Origin: Paracoccaceae bacterium
GTDB taxonomy: Bacteria > Pseudomonadota > Alphaproteobacteria > Rhodobacterales > Rhodobacteraceae
Direction of reading: 5' to 3'
DNA length: 64,000 bases
Assembly (NCBI GenBank): GCA_028112705.1
Contig: JAOGYN010000005.1
Span: 15,527 to 79,526, forward strand
The notes below the pieces were generated by a model. The model was not told the DNA's origin, ran no database searches, and saw nothing but the letters and a program-made list of their open reading frames with translations. Below, piece after piece: positions 53,025 to 62,210 of this stretch. Each line of letters begins with the position of its first letter. Within the stretch, counting starts at the first letter, position 1. Both the position numbers and the translations under genes were made by a program.

Positions 53025-54761
53025 ATGGAACGAAAACTAAGCACAATATTTGCACTAGATGTCGTCAGTTTTAGCAAACTTATGGCAATTGATGAGGATA
53101 TAACTTTAGCAGTCTTAAGACAACGAAGAGAGATTATTGATCAAATTATAGAAGATTATAGTGGGCGGATATTTGGATCTGCCGGCGATAGTGTGATTGC
53201 CGAATTTGCCAGTCCTGTGAAAGCCACTGAGGCATCAATTTTAATCCAAAGCAAAATGCAATTAATTAATGAAGCACTTCCTGAAAATCAAAAAATGCGA
53301 TTTAGAGTTGGATTAAATTTAGGTGATGTGATGATCTCAGGAGATAATTTATATGGTGACGCGATTAATGTTGCAGCAAGATTAGAGGCAAAAGCTGAAC
53401 CAGACGGAATATGCATTTCTAAAACTGTCTTTGATATGGTTAGTCAAAAAGTAAAAGCTTCATTTGAATCTGTTGGAGAATTAGAGTTAAAAAATATTGA
53501 AATCCCAGTAGAAGCTTATTCGGTATTGCAGTTCAAAGGTGCTGGTCGTTATCACCAACATACTGAAGCACCACAAATTAAAATTGAAAAAGCCGAATCT
53601 GGGTCCTTGGCTGTTATGATGTTTAAAAGTTTGAGTACCGATGAGGAACAAGCTTATTTCTGTGAAGGTTTTTCTGAAGATTTGATTTCGTCACTGTCTC
53701 AATTTAGAAAACTACTTGTTGTTTCCGGTAGTGCCAGCTTTGCCTATCGCGATAAGGAGAAAAAGCCAAAAGAAATAGGTAAGGAATTAGGTGTTCGTTA
53801 CATTCTTGAAGGAAGTGTGCGAAAAATGGGGCCTAGAATGCGTATAAGTACGAGCCTCATATCAGCAGAAAAAGAAAGTACTGTTTGGTCTAGTAATTAT
53901 GACACCACAATAGAAGAGATTTTTGACATTCAAGATGAATTAATCTCAACTATAATTTCGACCATTGTAGGTAGAGTGGACGCAGATCAAATACAACAAC
54001 TTTCATCATCAAGACCTGAAAACTTAGCTGCATATGATCTTGTATTACAAGGTTTAGAGCATCACCGAAAAGCTGGTGCTACAAAAGAAAATGCTCAAAA
54101 AGCATATGGACTTTTCAAACAAGCCACTGAATTGGACCCAAATTATGCTCGAGCCCATGCATGGCGAGCCTGTTCACTTGCCAATTACCAATCTTGGGAC
54201 AAAGAAGCGGCTGGAGAAAATTGGTTTGATGAATGTTCACAATCTGTAACTCGTGCACTTGAAATTGATCCAGAGGAGGCAGAGGCCCATAGAATTATGG
54301 GGTCAATAAAAATGATAAATGGAGATTTTCAATCTGGCAGGTACCACCATGAAAAAGCAAAAGACCTCTGCCCCAGCGACGCGTATATCGCGGCTAAATA
54401 CGCTACTGCTTTAATATATATGGGAGAACCAGAACAAGCATCAGAAGAAATAAAGCGTGCAATGCGCTTAGATCCATTTTGCCCAGATATTTTATTTGAA
54501 GATGAGGGTATAATTAATTTTTGTTTAAATGATTATGAGGGTGCAATTAAAAGTTTTTCAAAATTAAAAGCTGTCACAAAAAATAGCCTTTTCTACTCGG
54601 CCGCATCACATGCAAAAATAGAAAACACAGAAAAAGCACAACAAATACTGGAGCAAGCCAAGAGCTTGTCGGGTGAAACAATAGTGCAGTTTCTAAACGG
54701 ACAAAACTATGAAAAATTAGGTCCATTAAACCAATTAACTGATGCATTAAACAGAATTTAA
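53025..54761 (+). CDS. Class III nucleotidyl cyclase domain protein with TolB-N-like and TPR domains
   Basis: Cyclase core (TIFALDVVSFS…GSAGDSVIAEF…GDAINVAARLEA), then a …LAVMMFKSLS…YFCEGFSEDLISSLS…YILEGSVRK… module, then TPR-like repeats to the C-terminus. Confidence 0.8.
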   Translation: MERKLSTIFALDVVSFSKLMAIDEDITLAVLRQRREIIDQIIEDYSGRIFGSAGDSVIAEFASPVKATEASILIQSKMQLINEALPENQKMRFRVGLNLGDVMISGDNLYGDAINVAARLEAKAEPDGICISKTVFDMVSQKVKASFESVGELELKNIEIPVEAYSVLQFKGAGRYHQHTEAPQIKIEKAESGSLAVMMFKSLSTDEEQAYFCEGFSEDLISSLSQFRKLLVVSGSASFAYRDKEKKPKEIGKELGVRYILEGSVRKMGPRMRISTSLISAEKESTVWSSNYDTTIEEIFDIQDELISTIISTIVGRVDADQIQQLSSSRPENLAAYDLVLQGLEHHRKAGATKENAQKAYGLFKQATELDPNYARAHAWRACSLANYQSWDKEAAGENWFDECSQSVTRALEIDPEEAEAHRIMGSIKMINGDFQSGRYHHEKAKDLCPSDAYIAAKYATALIYMGEPEQASEEIKRAMRLDPFCPDILFEDEGIINFCLNDYEGAIKSFSKLKAVTKNSLFYSAASHAKIENTEKAQQILEQAKSLSGETIVQFLNGQNYEKLGPLNQLTDALNRI

Positions 54762-54800
54762 TTAATTAATCTGAACTTAATTTACTTAAAGTGATTCAAA

Positions 54801-56093
54801 ATGACATTAGAAGAATTTATAAAAAGAGATAGCGTTATTGACTTAAGTTTCTTTAATTTTTCCAATGCTATAACTGCCGCTTATTTTGCATCAAATGAAC
54901 TTGAAGTTTTAAGAGTTAACAGGAATTTCAAAAAATTTTTTCCAGTTCTTGAAAATGTAACTAATGTATTATTTCCAAGTGTATTAGAGCAACTCGGTGT
55001 AGCAAATTCTATAATTGATGAATTTGAAAACGGATTGAAGAAAAATGGACAGGTGCTAATTCCAAGAATTGAATTAATTATAGAAGGTGAAGAAAAAGTT
55101 TATTCACTTTTGTCAGCTACAACCAAAAATAAGGACTTTTCGTTTCTAAATGGGGTTCAAGGTCAATTTGTTGACAGAACAATTGAGCATAAACTACGTG
55201 TGGAAAAAGAGGAACTACTTGATCAAAAGCTTCGTGATCAAGAGATTATTGAAGAAAAGAGCATGCACCTAGAAAACATTGCAAATCGGCTTGCAAAATA
55301 TCTATCGCCACAAGTTTATAAAAGTATCTTTGCTGAAGAAGAAACTTCTACCCCTACCCACAAAAGAAAAAATCTAACTGTATTTTTCTCAGATATAGTA
55401 AATTTTACTGATTTAAGCGATACATTAGAGCCAGAAAAACTTGCTCAAATTATTAATAATTATTTATCAGAAATGACAACTATTGCGTTAGAATGTGGTG
55501 GTACAATTGATAAATTCATTGGGGATGCAGTGATGATATTCTTTGGTGATCCCGAAACAATGGGTGAAGAGCAAGATGCATTAAATTGTATTGAGATGGC
55601 TTTAAGAATGAAGGCAAGGGTAGAAGAATTGCGCGAATATTGGATAAGAAATGGTGTAAAAGGTGGTTTAGACATTCGAGTAGGTATAGCAACAGGACAC
55701 TGTACAGTTGGAAATTTTGGCTCAAACCAAAGAATGGACTACACAGCCTTGGGAGGTCCTGTAAACATTTCTGCTAGGTTGGAAGGAAAAGCTCCCAAAA
55801 ATGAAATATTAATTTCTGATGCAACTCATAATTTAGTAAAAGGAAAGATAAAGAGTGAATATTTTGATGAACTCACACTAAAAGGGTTTGCAAGGCCAAT
55901 TGGTATACACTTAGTTAAAGATTTCCTTTCTGAGAAACATAAAGATCAAAGGCAAACTTACTCTCATCGTGGAAAACATATTGATATTGATGTGTTTGAC
56001 GTCTCCGATATAAGGTCAGCAATAGAAGAATTAAAAGCAGTAAGCACAAAATTTGAAACATTAATTCCCAGTGAACCTGATAAAGACAAATAA
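54801..56093 (+). CDS. Class III adenylate/guanylate cyclase with ~190-aa N-terminal sensor-like domain and coiled coil
   Basis: NLTVFFSDIVNFT, IDKFIGDAVMIFFG and GGPVNISARLEG catalytic segments. It lies 39 nt after the preceding cyclase gene. Confidence 0.85.
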   Translation: MTLEEFIKRDSVIDLSFFNFSNAITAAYFASNELEVLRVNRNFKKFFPVLENVTNVLFPSVLEQLGVANSIIDEFENGLKKNGQVLIPRIELIIEGEEKVYSLLSATTKNKDFSFLNGVQGQFVDRTIEHKLRVEKEELLDQKLRDQEIIEEKSMHLENIANRLAKYLSPQVYKSIFAEEETSTPTHKRKNLTVFFSDIVNFTDLSDTLEPEKLAQIINNYLSEMTTIALECGGTIDKFIGDAVMIFFGDPETMGEEQDALNCIEMALRMKARVEELREYWIRNGVKGGLDIRVGIATGHCTVGNFGSNQRMDYTALGGPVNISARLEGKAPKNEILISDATHNLVKGKIKSEYFDELTLKGFARPIGIHLVKDFLSEKHKDQRQTYSHRGKHIDIDVFDVSDIRSAIEELKAVSTKFETLIPSEPDKDK

Positions 56094-56220
56094 ATTAACT
56101 TTATCTTTTGACATACTAATTAATAAAAATAAAAAATCACAGCCTAGAAGGCGCTATACAAACTATTTCAAATTACAAATTAATATGATAGAGAAATTGT
56201 TAGTTTAAAGAGGTTTTATA

Positions 56221-56481
56221 ATGAGTGAAGAATACTCAACTAAATTTTTTGATATAGCTTTTAAAGATGGCACCCCAAGAAAAGCCTTTTTAACTGCATG
56301 TGTGGTGGGCACGATACTAACATCAATCAATCATGGCGATACTATTCTAGCAGGAGAATATCCACCAATACTGAAAATTCTTCTCACTTACTGTGTACCT
56401 TTTTGTGTAACTACTTGGGGATCTTATTTGGGGAAAAAAGATAAGATATTGCAACAGCAACAAATCGATGCCCTAAGCTAA
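56221..56481 (+). CDS. nrtS: NrtS-family small membrane protein (annotated in databases as putative nitrate/nitrite transporter)
   Basis: 86 aa. …PRKAFLTACVVGTILTSINHGD…LKILLTYCVPFCVTTWGSY… matches my memory of the NrtS family pattern. Confidence 0.55.
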   Translation: MSEEYSTKFFDIAFKDGTPRKAFLTACVVGTILTSINHGDTILAGEYPPILKILLTYCVPFCVTTWGSYLGKKDKILQQQQIDALS

Positions 56482-56515
56482 AAAATATTTCCAATAATTA
56501 AAAAATAAATTAAAG

Positions 56516-58201
56516 TTAACTTAAAAAATGCATTATTGCTTTTTTCATTTCAATCGCAATATTTTTTACTTTTGTTTTATCTTCAATGTCAGATATTCTT
56601 ATATTGTCTAGATCAATTTTTCTCTTAGCTAATATATCCGAAACAGTATCAAAAAAATGTATATTATTTGAAAATAATTTTTTAATGATTTCTTTCTCCA
56701 CATTTATGACAACAGTTGGGCTTTCAGCGATAATATTGGCCGTTCTAGGTTCACCAGTCATTAATGACATTTCGCCAAAAAAGTCACCAACTCCCAACTT
56801 AGAGACTATCTTTCGCTCTCTATTCTCCATGTCAAGCTGAACGCTAACCACTCCATCAGCGATAATGTAAAGGCTATCCCCAGGATCTTTTTGTTTAATT
56901 ATCATCTCACTATTATTAAAATGAACTCTTTTGCAACTTTCTGAAAGTAGAGTAAGTTCATCTTCGTTCATAGACATAAAAATTGGAACTTTTTTCAGTA
57001 AGACTTTATTCTTAATTGCCTCATTATAGGGATTAAACTCAGCTGAAAACTGTTCTTCAAAATCTTCTGGTACTCTCGAGGATTGGAGGGCTTCTAAACC
57101 AACATCGGCATCTAGTAGACTATACAAACGACCTACTGTCATACGGATTCCGGCATGTTGCAAAGTTTTATGGACTTCTAACATAACCACATCCTGTTGA
57201 GAAGTTTTCAAGAAGCCATTTGTACAATCAAAACCAATCACAAATTTTAATCCATATTCATCAACATCCGAAAATTTTACCCATTGAAAATCTAATTGAT
57301 CTCTACCATCTACGGGTTTTACCTTTTTTAAAGCATTAGAAAGTAATTGACTGATATGCCTTGGATCGTGCTTTGGATTGAACGAGAGAGAATTAAAAAT
57401 TCGAAACCCTTCACTTAAATTTGTTTTGTCTGTGCGGCTCCAATTGTTGATTACTGAGCTAGCAACCACTTCATTTGGAATTGTAATCTCCGTGTTTTCA
57501 AACGTTCTAATTCTTGTTGAACGCCAAGTAACATCTATTACTAAGCCACTAATATCGTTAATTGAAACATATTCATCTGGACTAAAAGGTCGCTCTAAAT
57601 TTACGAAAACTCCAGATAATATATTACTTAGGTTTGCCTGAATAGCTAACCCAATAATCGCAGCTAGAATTCCTGATGTTGCAAGTATGCTAGTCAATTC
57701 AAATTCGAATACACCCGATAAAACCATTAAAGTTGGTATAATAAATAATAACACTTCAACTAATAGTGAAATTATTTCTGGGATCTTCACATTCGAATTA
57801 AGACGGTTTTCATTTAAATATTGATATTTATAAGCCATCATTAGATGAATTGATGGGATGAAGTAATAAGATAACAATATGATTTTACTAATTAACAGCA
57901 AATCTTCATTAAAATAAATATAGACATAAGCACCTGAAGAAAGAATTTCAGAAATATAATTAAGGGTATAATAAGAGCCAATTGGTAAAATTATTAATAA
58001 ACTTACTAACTGACTTAACCTATTACTTCCCTTTAACTTCACTACAACTGGCAGCGCAAATATTGAAAAAGCCATCTGAACCGTTGACCAAAAAGTCATA
58101 TCTCGACTAATTGAAAGGTCCAAAAAGGCAAAAAATAAACCAGTAGTTAGAATTATAATTAAGAAAACTTTTGATAGAATATAAAATATATTTAATTTCA
58201 T
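56516..58201 (-). CDS. MscS-family channel fused to a C-terminal cyclic-nucleotide-binding domain (bCNG-type)
   Basis: Several N-terminal TM helices. MscS pore/beta domain (…AAIIGLAIQANLSNILSGVFVNLERPFSPDEYVSI…TIPNEVVASSVINNWSR). cNMP domain with FGEMSLMTGEPRTANIIA. Confidence 0.8.
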   Translation of the reverse strand: MKLNIFYILSKVFLIIILTTGLFFAFLDLSISRDMTFWSTVQMAFSIFALPVVVKLKGSNRLSQLVSLLIILPIGSYYTLNYISEILSSGAYVYIYFNEDLLLISKIILLSYYFIPSIHLMMAYKYQYLNENRLNSNVKIPEIISLLVEVLLFIIPTLMVLSGVFEFELTSILATSGILAAIIGLAIQANLSNILSGVFVNLERPFSPDEYVSINDISGLVIDVTWRSTRIRTFENTEITIPNEVVASSVINNWSRTDKTNLSEGFRIFNSLSFNPKHDPRHISQLLSNALKKVKPVDGRDQLDFQWVKFSDVDEYGLKFVIGFDCTNGFLKTSQQDVVMLEVHKTLQHAGIRMTVGRLYSLLDADVGLEALQSSRVPEDFEEQFSAEFNPYNEAIKNKVLLKKVPIFMSMNEDELTLLSESCKRVHFNNSEMIIKQKDPGDSLYIIADGVVSVQLDMENRERKIVSKLGVGDFFGEMSLMTGEPRTANIIAESPTVVINVEKEIIKKLFSNNIHFFDTVSDILAKRKIDLDNIRISDIEDKTKVKNIAIEMKKAIMHFLS

Positions 58202-58376
58202 TTTGATTTATTTTTACCTTAGTTATGAGTATAAAAACATTCTCTTGAATAATTTTACATCACTAATCGCGCTTAAACCAGTTAATTAAGTGGAATTTAC
58301 TAGACAATCAAATAATAAAGATTAATTTGCAGCAGCAACAATCATGGATAACCATAAACTGGAAGAGAAGCGCAAC

Positions 58377-58898
58377 ATGAGAGAGTTCATAGAAAATACT
58401 GTAGAAAGATTAATTTTTGCCAGTAGATGGCTTTTAGCGCCAGTTTACCTAGTTCTATGCGTTTCACTCGCATTTGTGGCACTTAAAGTTCTTCAAGAGT
58501 TTTTGCATATACTCCCAAAAGCCATGGATATGGATAATAAAGACATGATGATGTTTCTCCTACATATTGTAGACTTTGCATTAGTTGGAAATCTAATCTT
58601 AATGATTATTTTTGCGGGTTATGAAAATTTCGTTTCAAAAATAACTGTTGCAAGAACGAGTGAAGATAAACCAAGTTGGATGGGTAAAGTTGATTTTAGT
58701 GAATTAAAACTTAAGTTAATAGCATCCATAGTAGCTATATCTGGAATTAACTTATTGGAAACATTTATGGATCTCTCGCATAAAACCGATAGAGAAATTC
58801 AGTGGATGATAATTATTCACCTCGTGTTTATAGCTTCTGGTGTATTTTTAGCAATAATGGACTATGTAGCATCAAAAACAACTAGTCACGAAGTGTAA
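58377..58898 (+). CDS. yqhA: UPF0114/YqhA-family inner-membrane protein
   Basis: MREFIENTVERLIFASRWLLAPVY…GYENFVS…IVAISGINLL… parallels E. coli YqhA throughout. The ATG at 58377 has GGAAGAGAAG upstream. An alternative upstream ATG exists at 58344. Confidence 0.8.
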   Translation: MREFIENTVERLIFASRWLLAPVYLVLCVSLAFVALKVLQEFLHILPKAMDMDNKDMMMFLLHIVDFALVGNLILMIIFAGYENFVSKITVARTSEDKPSWMGKVDFSELKLKLIASIVAISGINLLETFMDLSHKTDREIQWMIIIHLVFIASGVFLAIMDYVASKTTSHEV

Positions 58899-58909
58899 GA
58901 GAGAAGATT

Positions 58910-59086
58910 ATGGCTAGGTTATTAGTTTTAGTCATAATCGTATTTTCACTGGTTTACGGAATATTTTGGATTTTTGGCAAAGCTTTAGAAAAAGTCCCAT
59001 CAAAATTAATTTTAATAATATTATTCACTGGCTTTAGTTTAGGTGTTTTATCAAGCGCAATTTTTTACTATTATTGGTTTTTTTAA
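58910..59086 (+). CDS. Possible 58-aa two-TM membrane peptide (below the ORF-track size cutoff)
   Basis: My own translation: MARLLVLVIIVFSLVYGIFWIFGKALEKVPSKLILIILFTGFSLGVLSSAIFYYYWFF. Starts 11 nt after the yqhA stop with AGAGAGAAG upstream. Hydrophobic ORFs arise easily in AT-rich DNA. Confidence 0.3.
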   Translation: MARLLVLVIIVFSLVYGIFWIFGKALEKVPSKLILIILFTGFSLGVLSSAIFYYYWFF

Positions 59087-59169
59087 TTATTAATTATTGC
59101 CATTATAGGAATAAATAATTATCCAATTCAATAATTGAATTTTTTTAAATAATTAATTGTAGAAATATT

Positions 59170-60585
59170 ATGTCAGAAATTACAGACCTTGATGCGGTAA
59201 CGTTATCTAAAGCCATACATGAAAAGAAATTAGGCTGTTCTGAGGTCATGAGCGCTTATTTAGATCGTATAGAAAAATACAATCCAAAAATTAATGCAAT
59301 TATCTCAATGAGATCAAGAGAAGAACTTATTAAAGAATCAAAGTTATTAGAAAATAAGGAACCGACGGGATGGCTTCATGGGATACCAATAGCAATTAAA
59401 GACTTGGCTGAAACAAAAGGTTTAAAAACAACGTGGGGTTCGCCAATATTCAAAGAATATATTCCTAATTTTGATTGTATAGTGTCACAAAGAATAAAGA
59501 AAGCAGGAGCGATTGTAATTGGAAAAACTAACACACCTGAATTTGGTCTTGGGTCACATAGCTATAATCCTGTTCATGGTGTCACCAGAAATCCTTACGA
59601 TTTGACAAAAACTGCAGGTGGTTCAAGCGGCGGCGCGGCAGCAGCTCTTGCGGCCCGCCTCCTACCAATAGCTGATGGTTCAGACATGATGGGTTCTCTC
59701 AGGAATCCAGGCGCTTATAACAACGTATATGGCTTTAGACCTAGCTGGGGATTGGTGCCGAATGACGCTGATGGCGATATCTTTATGCAGACTTTGGCAA
59801 CCAGTGGACCCATGGCACGCACCCCAACAGACTTAGCTTATCTACTGCAGACATTGGCTGGACCTAATTCATTGTTACCAACAAATACAACACCTGAAAA
59901 ATCATACACTAATGAACTCAACAAATCCGTTTCAGGTTTGCGAATTGGATGGATTGGGAATTGGTCGAACAATTATCAATATGAGAATGGCGTTTTAACT
60001 ATCTGTGAAGAAGCTTTAAGCGTTTATCAAAAAATGGGTGTTAAAGTAGAACCTTTCATACCTAAGTTTGACACTAAAAAGCTATGGAAATCATGGCTAA
60101 CTTTACGAAGCTGGGCCATCTCCAATGGTATGAGAGACCATTACACAGACACCAAAAAACGAAAAATGTTAAAACCAGAAGTGATCTACGAAATAGAAAG
60201 TGGATTATCTTTAACCGCTACTCAATTACACGAAGCTAGCGTCATCAGGTCGAATTGGTTTAGATATTTAACTGAAGTTTTTAAAAATTATGACGCACTA
60301 GCCCTACCCTCAGCACAAGTATTTCCTTTTGATATTGAAGAAAACTGGCCTGCAGAAATAAATAACATTGAGATGACGACCTATCATCAATGGATGGAAG
60401 TTGTAATTCCAGTATCTTTAGTTGGGCTCCCAGCAATCAATATTCCGTGTGGGTTTAACGAACAAAACCTACCTATGGGTCTTCAATTATTTGGTGCAAC
60501 AGGAAGTGACAAATCAATATTAAAATTTGCCCAAAACTATCATTTAAAAACAGAGTGGCCAAATAGGAATAGACCAATACTCTGA
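59170..60585 (+). CDS. Amidase-signature family amidase (second copy)
   Basis: GGSSGGAAAALAA signature and PIAIKDLAE Lys context. 471 aa. Confidence 0.8.
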   Translation: MSEITDLDAVTLSKAIHEKKLGCSEVMSAYLDRIEKYNPKINAIISMRSREELIKESKLLENKEPTGWLHGIPIAIKDLAETKGLKTTWGSPIFKEYIPNFDCIVSQRIKKAGAIVIGKTNTPEFGLGSHSYNPVHGVTRNPYDLTKTAGGSSGGAAAALAARLLPIADGSDMMGSLRNPGAYNNVYGFRPSWGLVPNDADGDIFMQTLATSGPMARTPTDLAYLLQTLAGPNSLLPTNTTPEKSYTNELNKSVSGLRIGWIGNWSNNYQYENGVLTICEEALSVYQKMGVKVEPFIPKFDTKKLWKSWLTLRSWAISNGMRDHYTDTKKRKMLKPEVIYEIESGLSLTATQLHEASVIRSNWFRYLTEVFKNYDALALPSAQVFPFDIEENWPAEINNIEMTTYHQWMEVVIPVSLVGLPAINIPCGFNEQNLPMGLQLFGATGSDKSILKFAQNYHLKTEWPNRNRPIL

Positions 60586-60591
60586 AAACCG

Positions 60592-61119
60592 TTGCGGCAT
60601 AGCTTTTTTCATGTATTGTTTAATAATCACCAACTTCACGGGGTATTTTTGAAACTGTCAACGCCCATATATTTTGAAGACCTCGATAAGTTTGCGACTT
60701 TTAGATCTGATGAAATGACTATTACCGCAGAAGAAATCAGAAAGTATGCAACACAATTTGACCCTCAGCCCTATCACACCGATCGTTCTGCAGCTGAAGG
60801 ATCAATATTTGGTGGTCTTTGTGCAAGTGGATGGCACGTATGCGCAATTATGATGAAATTATTAAGTAATGTTATGGCTAAAGAAAACATCATGTTAATT
60901 GGAAGTGATAACGTTCCATCATTAAAGTGGCGCAAACCTGCTTTTGAAGGTAACAAATTACATGCTGAATTAGAGTTTAAAGGTGCTGGGATAAATAAAA
61001 CTGAACCAGATTTTGGTGTCATTAACTGCGACGTAAAAGTCTTAAATGAAAATCAGCAATTGGTAATGGAAGTAAAAACCACACTCATGGTTGAAAATAA
61101 AGGAAGTAATAGTGAGTAA
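60592..61119 (+). CDS. MaoC-like hot-dog fold hydratase/dehydratase subunit
   Basis: …YFEDL…ITAEEIRKYATQFDPQPYHTD…GGLCASGWH… pattern. The ORF-track start is a TTG at 60592. An internal TTG (60649) is an alternative start. Confidence 0.65.
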   Translation: MRHSFFHVLFNNHQLHGVFLKLSTPIYFEDLDKFATFRSDEMTITAEEIRKYATQFDPQPYHTDRSAAEGSIFGGLCASGWHVCAIMMKLLSNVMAKENIMLIGSDNVPSLKWRKPAFEGNKLHAELEFKGAGINKTEPDFGVINCDVKVLNENQQLVMEVKTTLMVENKGSNSE

Positions 61120-61612
61120 AGCTTCGTTTTTACGTTCCAGATGGTTTGAGGACATCCCAGTCGGTGAGTTTCATGTTTTTGGGAGTTACACCCTTAGTGA
61201 GCAAGAAATGGTTGATTTTGGAACAGCCTATGCTCCTCAGATTTACCATACGGATCCAGATGCCGCGATGAATACCAGATACAAAGGACTAATAGCATCA
61301 AATTGGCACCTCTGTTCAATTTGGATGCGCTTAATGGTTGATTATATGGAAGGATACGCATTAGGCGTAGAAGATGGGCGTCGAAATGGTGCAGGTTTAG
61401 GTTTCCAAAACTTAAAAGTCCTAAAACCTGTTCGCCCAGGACATACCTTGACTTTCTCACATGAAATTATCGAAAAATCGGAAAAAATTGTAAAAAATAA
61501 ATGGGGTATTATTAAAAGTCGAAATGAGGCTTTTAATCACAAAGGTGAACTAGCAATGTCCTTTATTGTAGATATTTTAGCAGAACGAAATCCTAATAAT
61601 CTAGACAATTAA
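61112..61612 (+). CDS. MaoC-like hot-dog fold hydratase/dehydratase subunit (second, adjacent)
   Basis: …WFEDIPVGE…LSEQEMVDFGTAYAPQIYHTD…GLIASNWH…. A GTG at 61112 preceded by AAGGAAG overlaps the upstream stop codon. The ORF track begins at a TTG at 61091. Confidence 0.65.
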   Translation: MSKASFLRSRWFEDIPVGEFHVFGSYTLSEQEMVDFGTAYAPQIYHTDPDAAMNTRYKGLIASNWHLCSIWMRLMVDYMEGYALGVEDGRRNGAGLGFQNLKVLKPVRPGHTLTFSHEIIEKSEKIVKNKWGIIKSRNEAFNHKGELAMSFIVDILAERNPNNLDN

Positions 61613-61646
61613 TATTTTATTAACAGAATCCTACGGAGACTACTTA

Positions 61647-62207
61647 ATGCCAATTATAGATTGCAAATTAATAGCTGGGTATGACGAAACAACACGTAAA
61701 TTACTAGCAGAACGTATAACAGACGCCGCCTGCTCTTCCACCGGAGCAGCGCCAGAGTTTGTTACTATTACAATTACAGAAATTTCACCAAATAATTATA
61801 TGCGTGGACGAACTCAAAAACAACCAGCTAAAGCACCTTTACAATCCAATGACATTATTCAAAATTATCTAAATGCAATGGAAGCTAGAGACTTGAAATT
61901 AGCAAATTCTTTTATTGGCGATAAATTCCACATCACCTGCCCTGGGAATAAGATTTTTTATTCATTAGAAGATTTTCTGAATTGGGGTAAGGTTAGATAC
62001 AAAAAAATAGCCAAAGACATAAGCTCAATCGACGTATCTTTTAACGGCCTTGATGCATTTATATATTGCCACGGCACATTAAAGGGTGAGTGGTTAAATG
62101 GGCAATCGTTTGTGGGCATAAGATTTATTGACAAATTTCATACAAAAAATTCAAAAATAATTTCTCAAGAAATATGGAATGATTTAGATCTAATGAAAGA
62201 GGCTTGA
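61647..62207 (+). CDS. 4-oxalocrotonate-tautomerase-family domain fused to an NTF2/SnoaL-like domain
   Basis: N-terminal MPIIDCKLIAGYDETTRKLLAERITDAA…FVTITITEI (Pro1 tautomerase pattern). Residues ~65-186 resemble SnoaL/NTF2 (…IIQNYLNAMEARDL…). Confidence 0.6.
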   Translation: MPIIDCKLIAGYDETTRKLLAERITDAACSSTGAAPEFVTITITEISPNNYMRGRTQKQPAKAPLQSNDIIQNYLNAMEARDLKLANSFIGDKFHITCPGNKIFYSLEDFLNWGKVRYKKIAKDISSIDVSFNGLDAFIYCHGTLKGEWLNGQSFVGIRFIDKFHTKNSKIISQEIWNDLDLMKEA

Positions 62208-62210
62208 AAC

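Noticed and set aside
53025-58201. Cyclase plus cNMP-binding membrane protein as a Pycsar/CBASS-like anti-phage system
   Set aside because: Pycsar cyclases are small single-domain enzymes in an operon with a short cNMP-TM or cNMP-TIR effector. Here the cyclases are large sensor-type proteins (TPR, coiled coil). The receiver is a full MscS channel of the described bCNG family, on the opposite strand and separated by another gene. No other defence genes or mobile elements are nearby. A physiological signalling role is more parsimonious.
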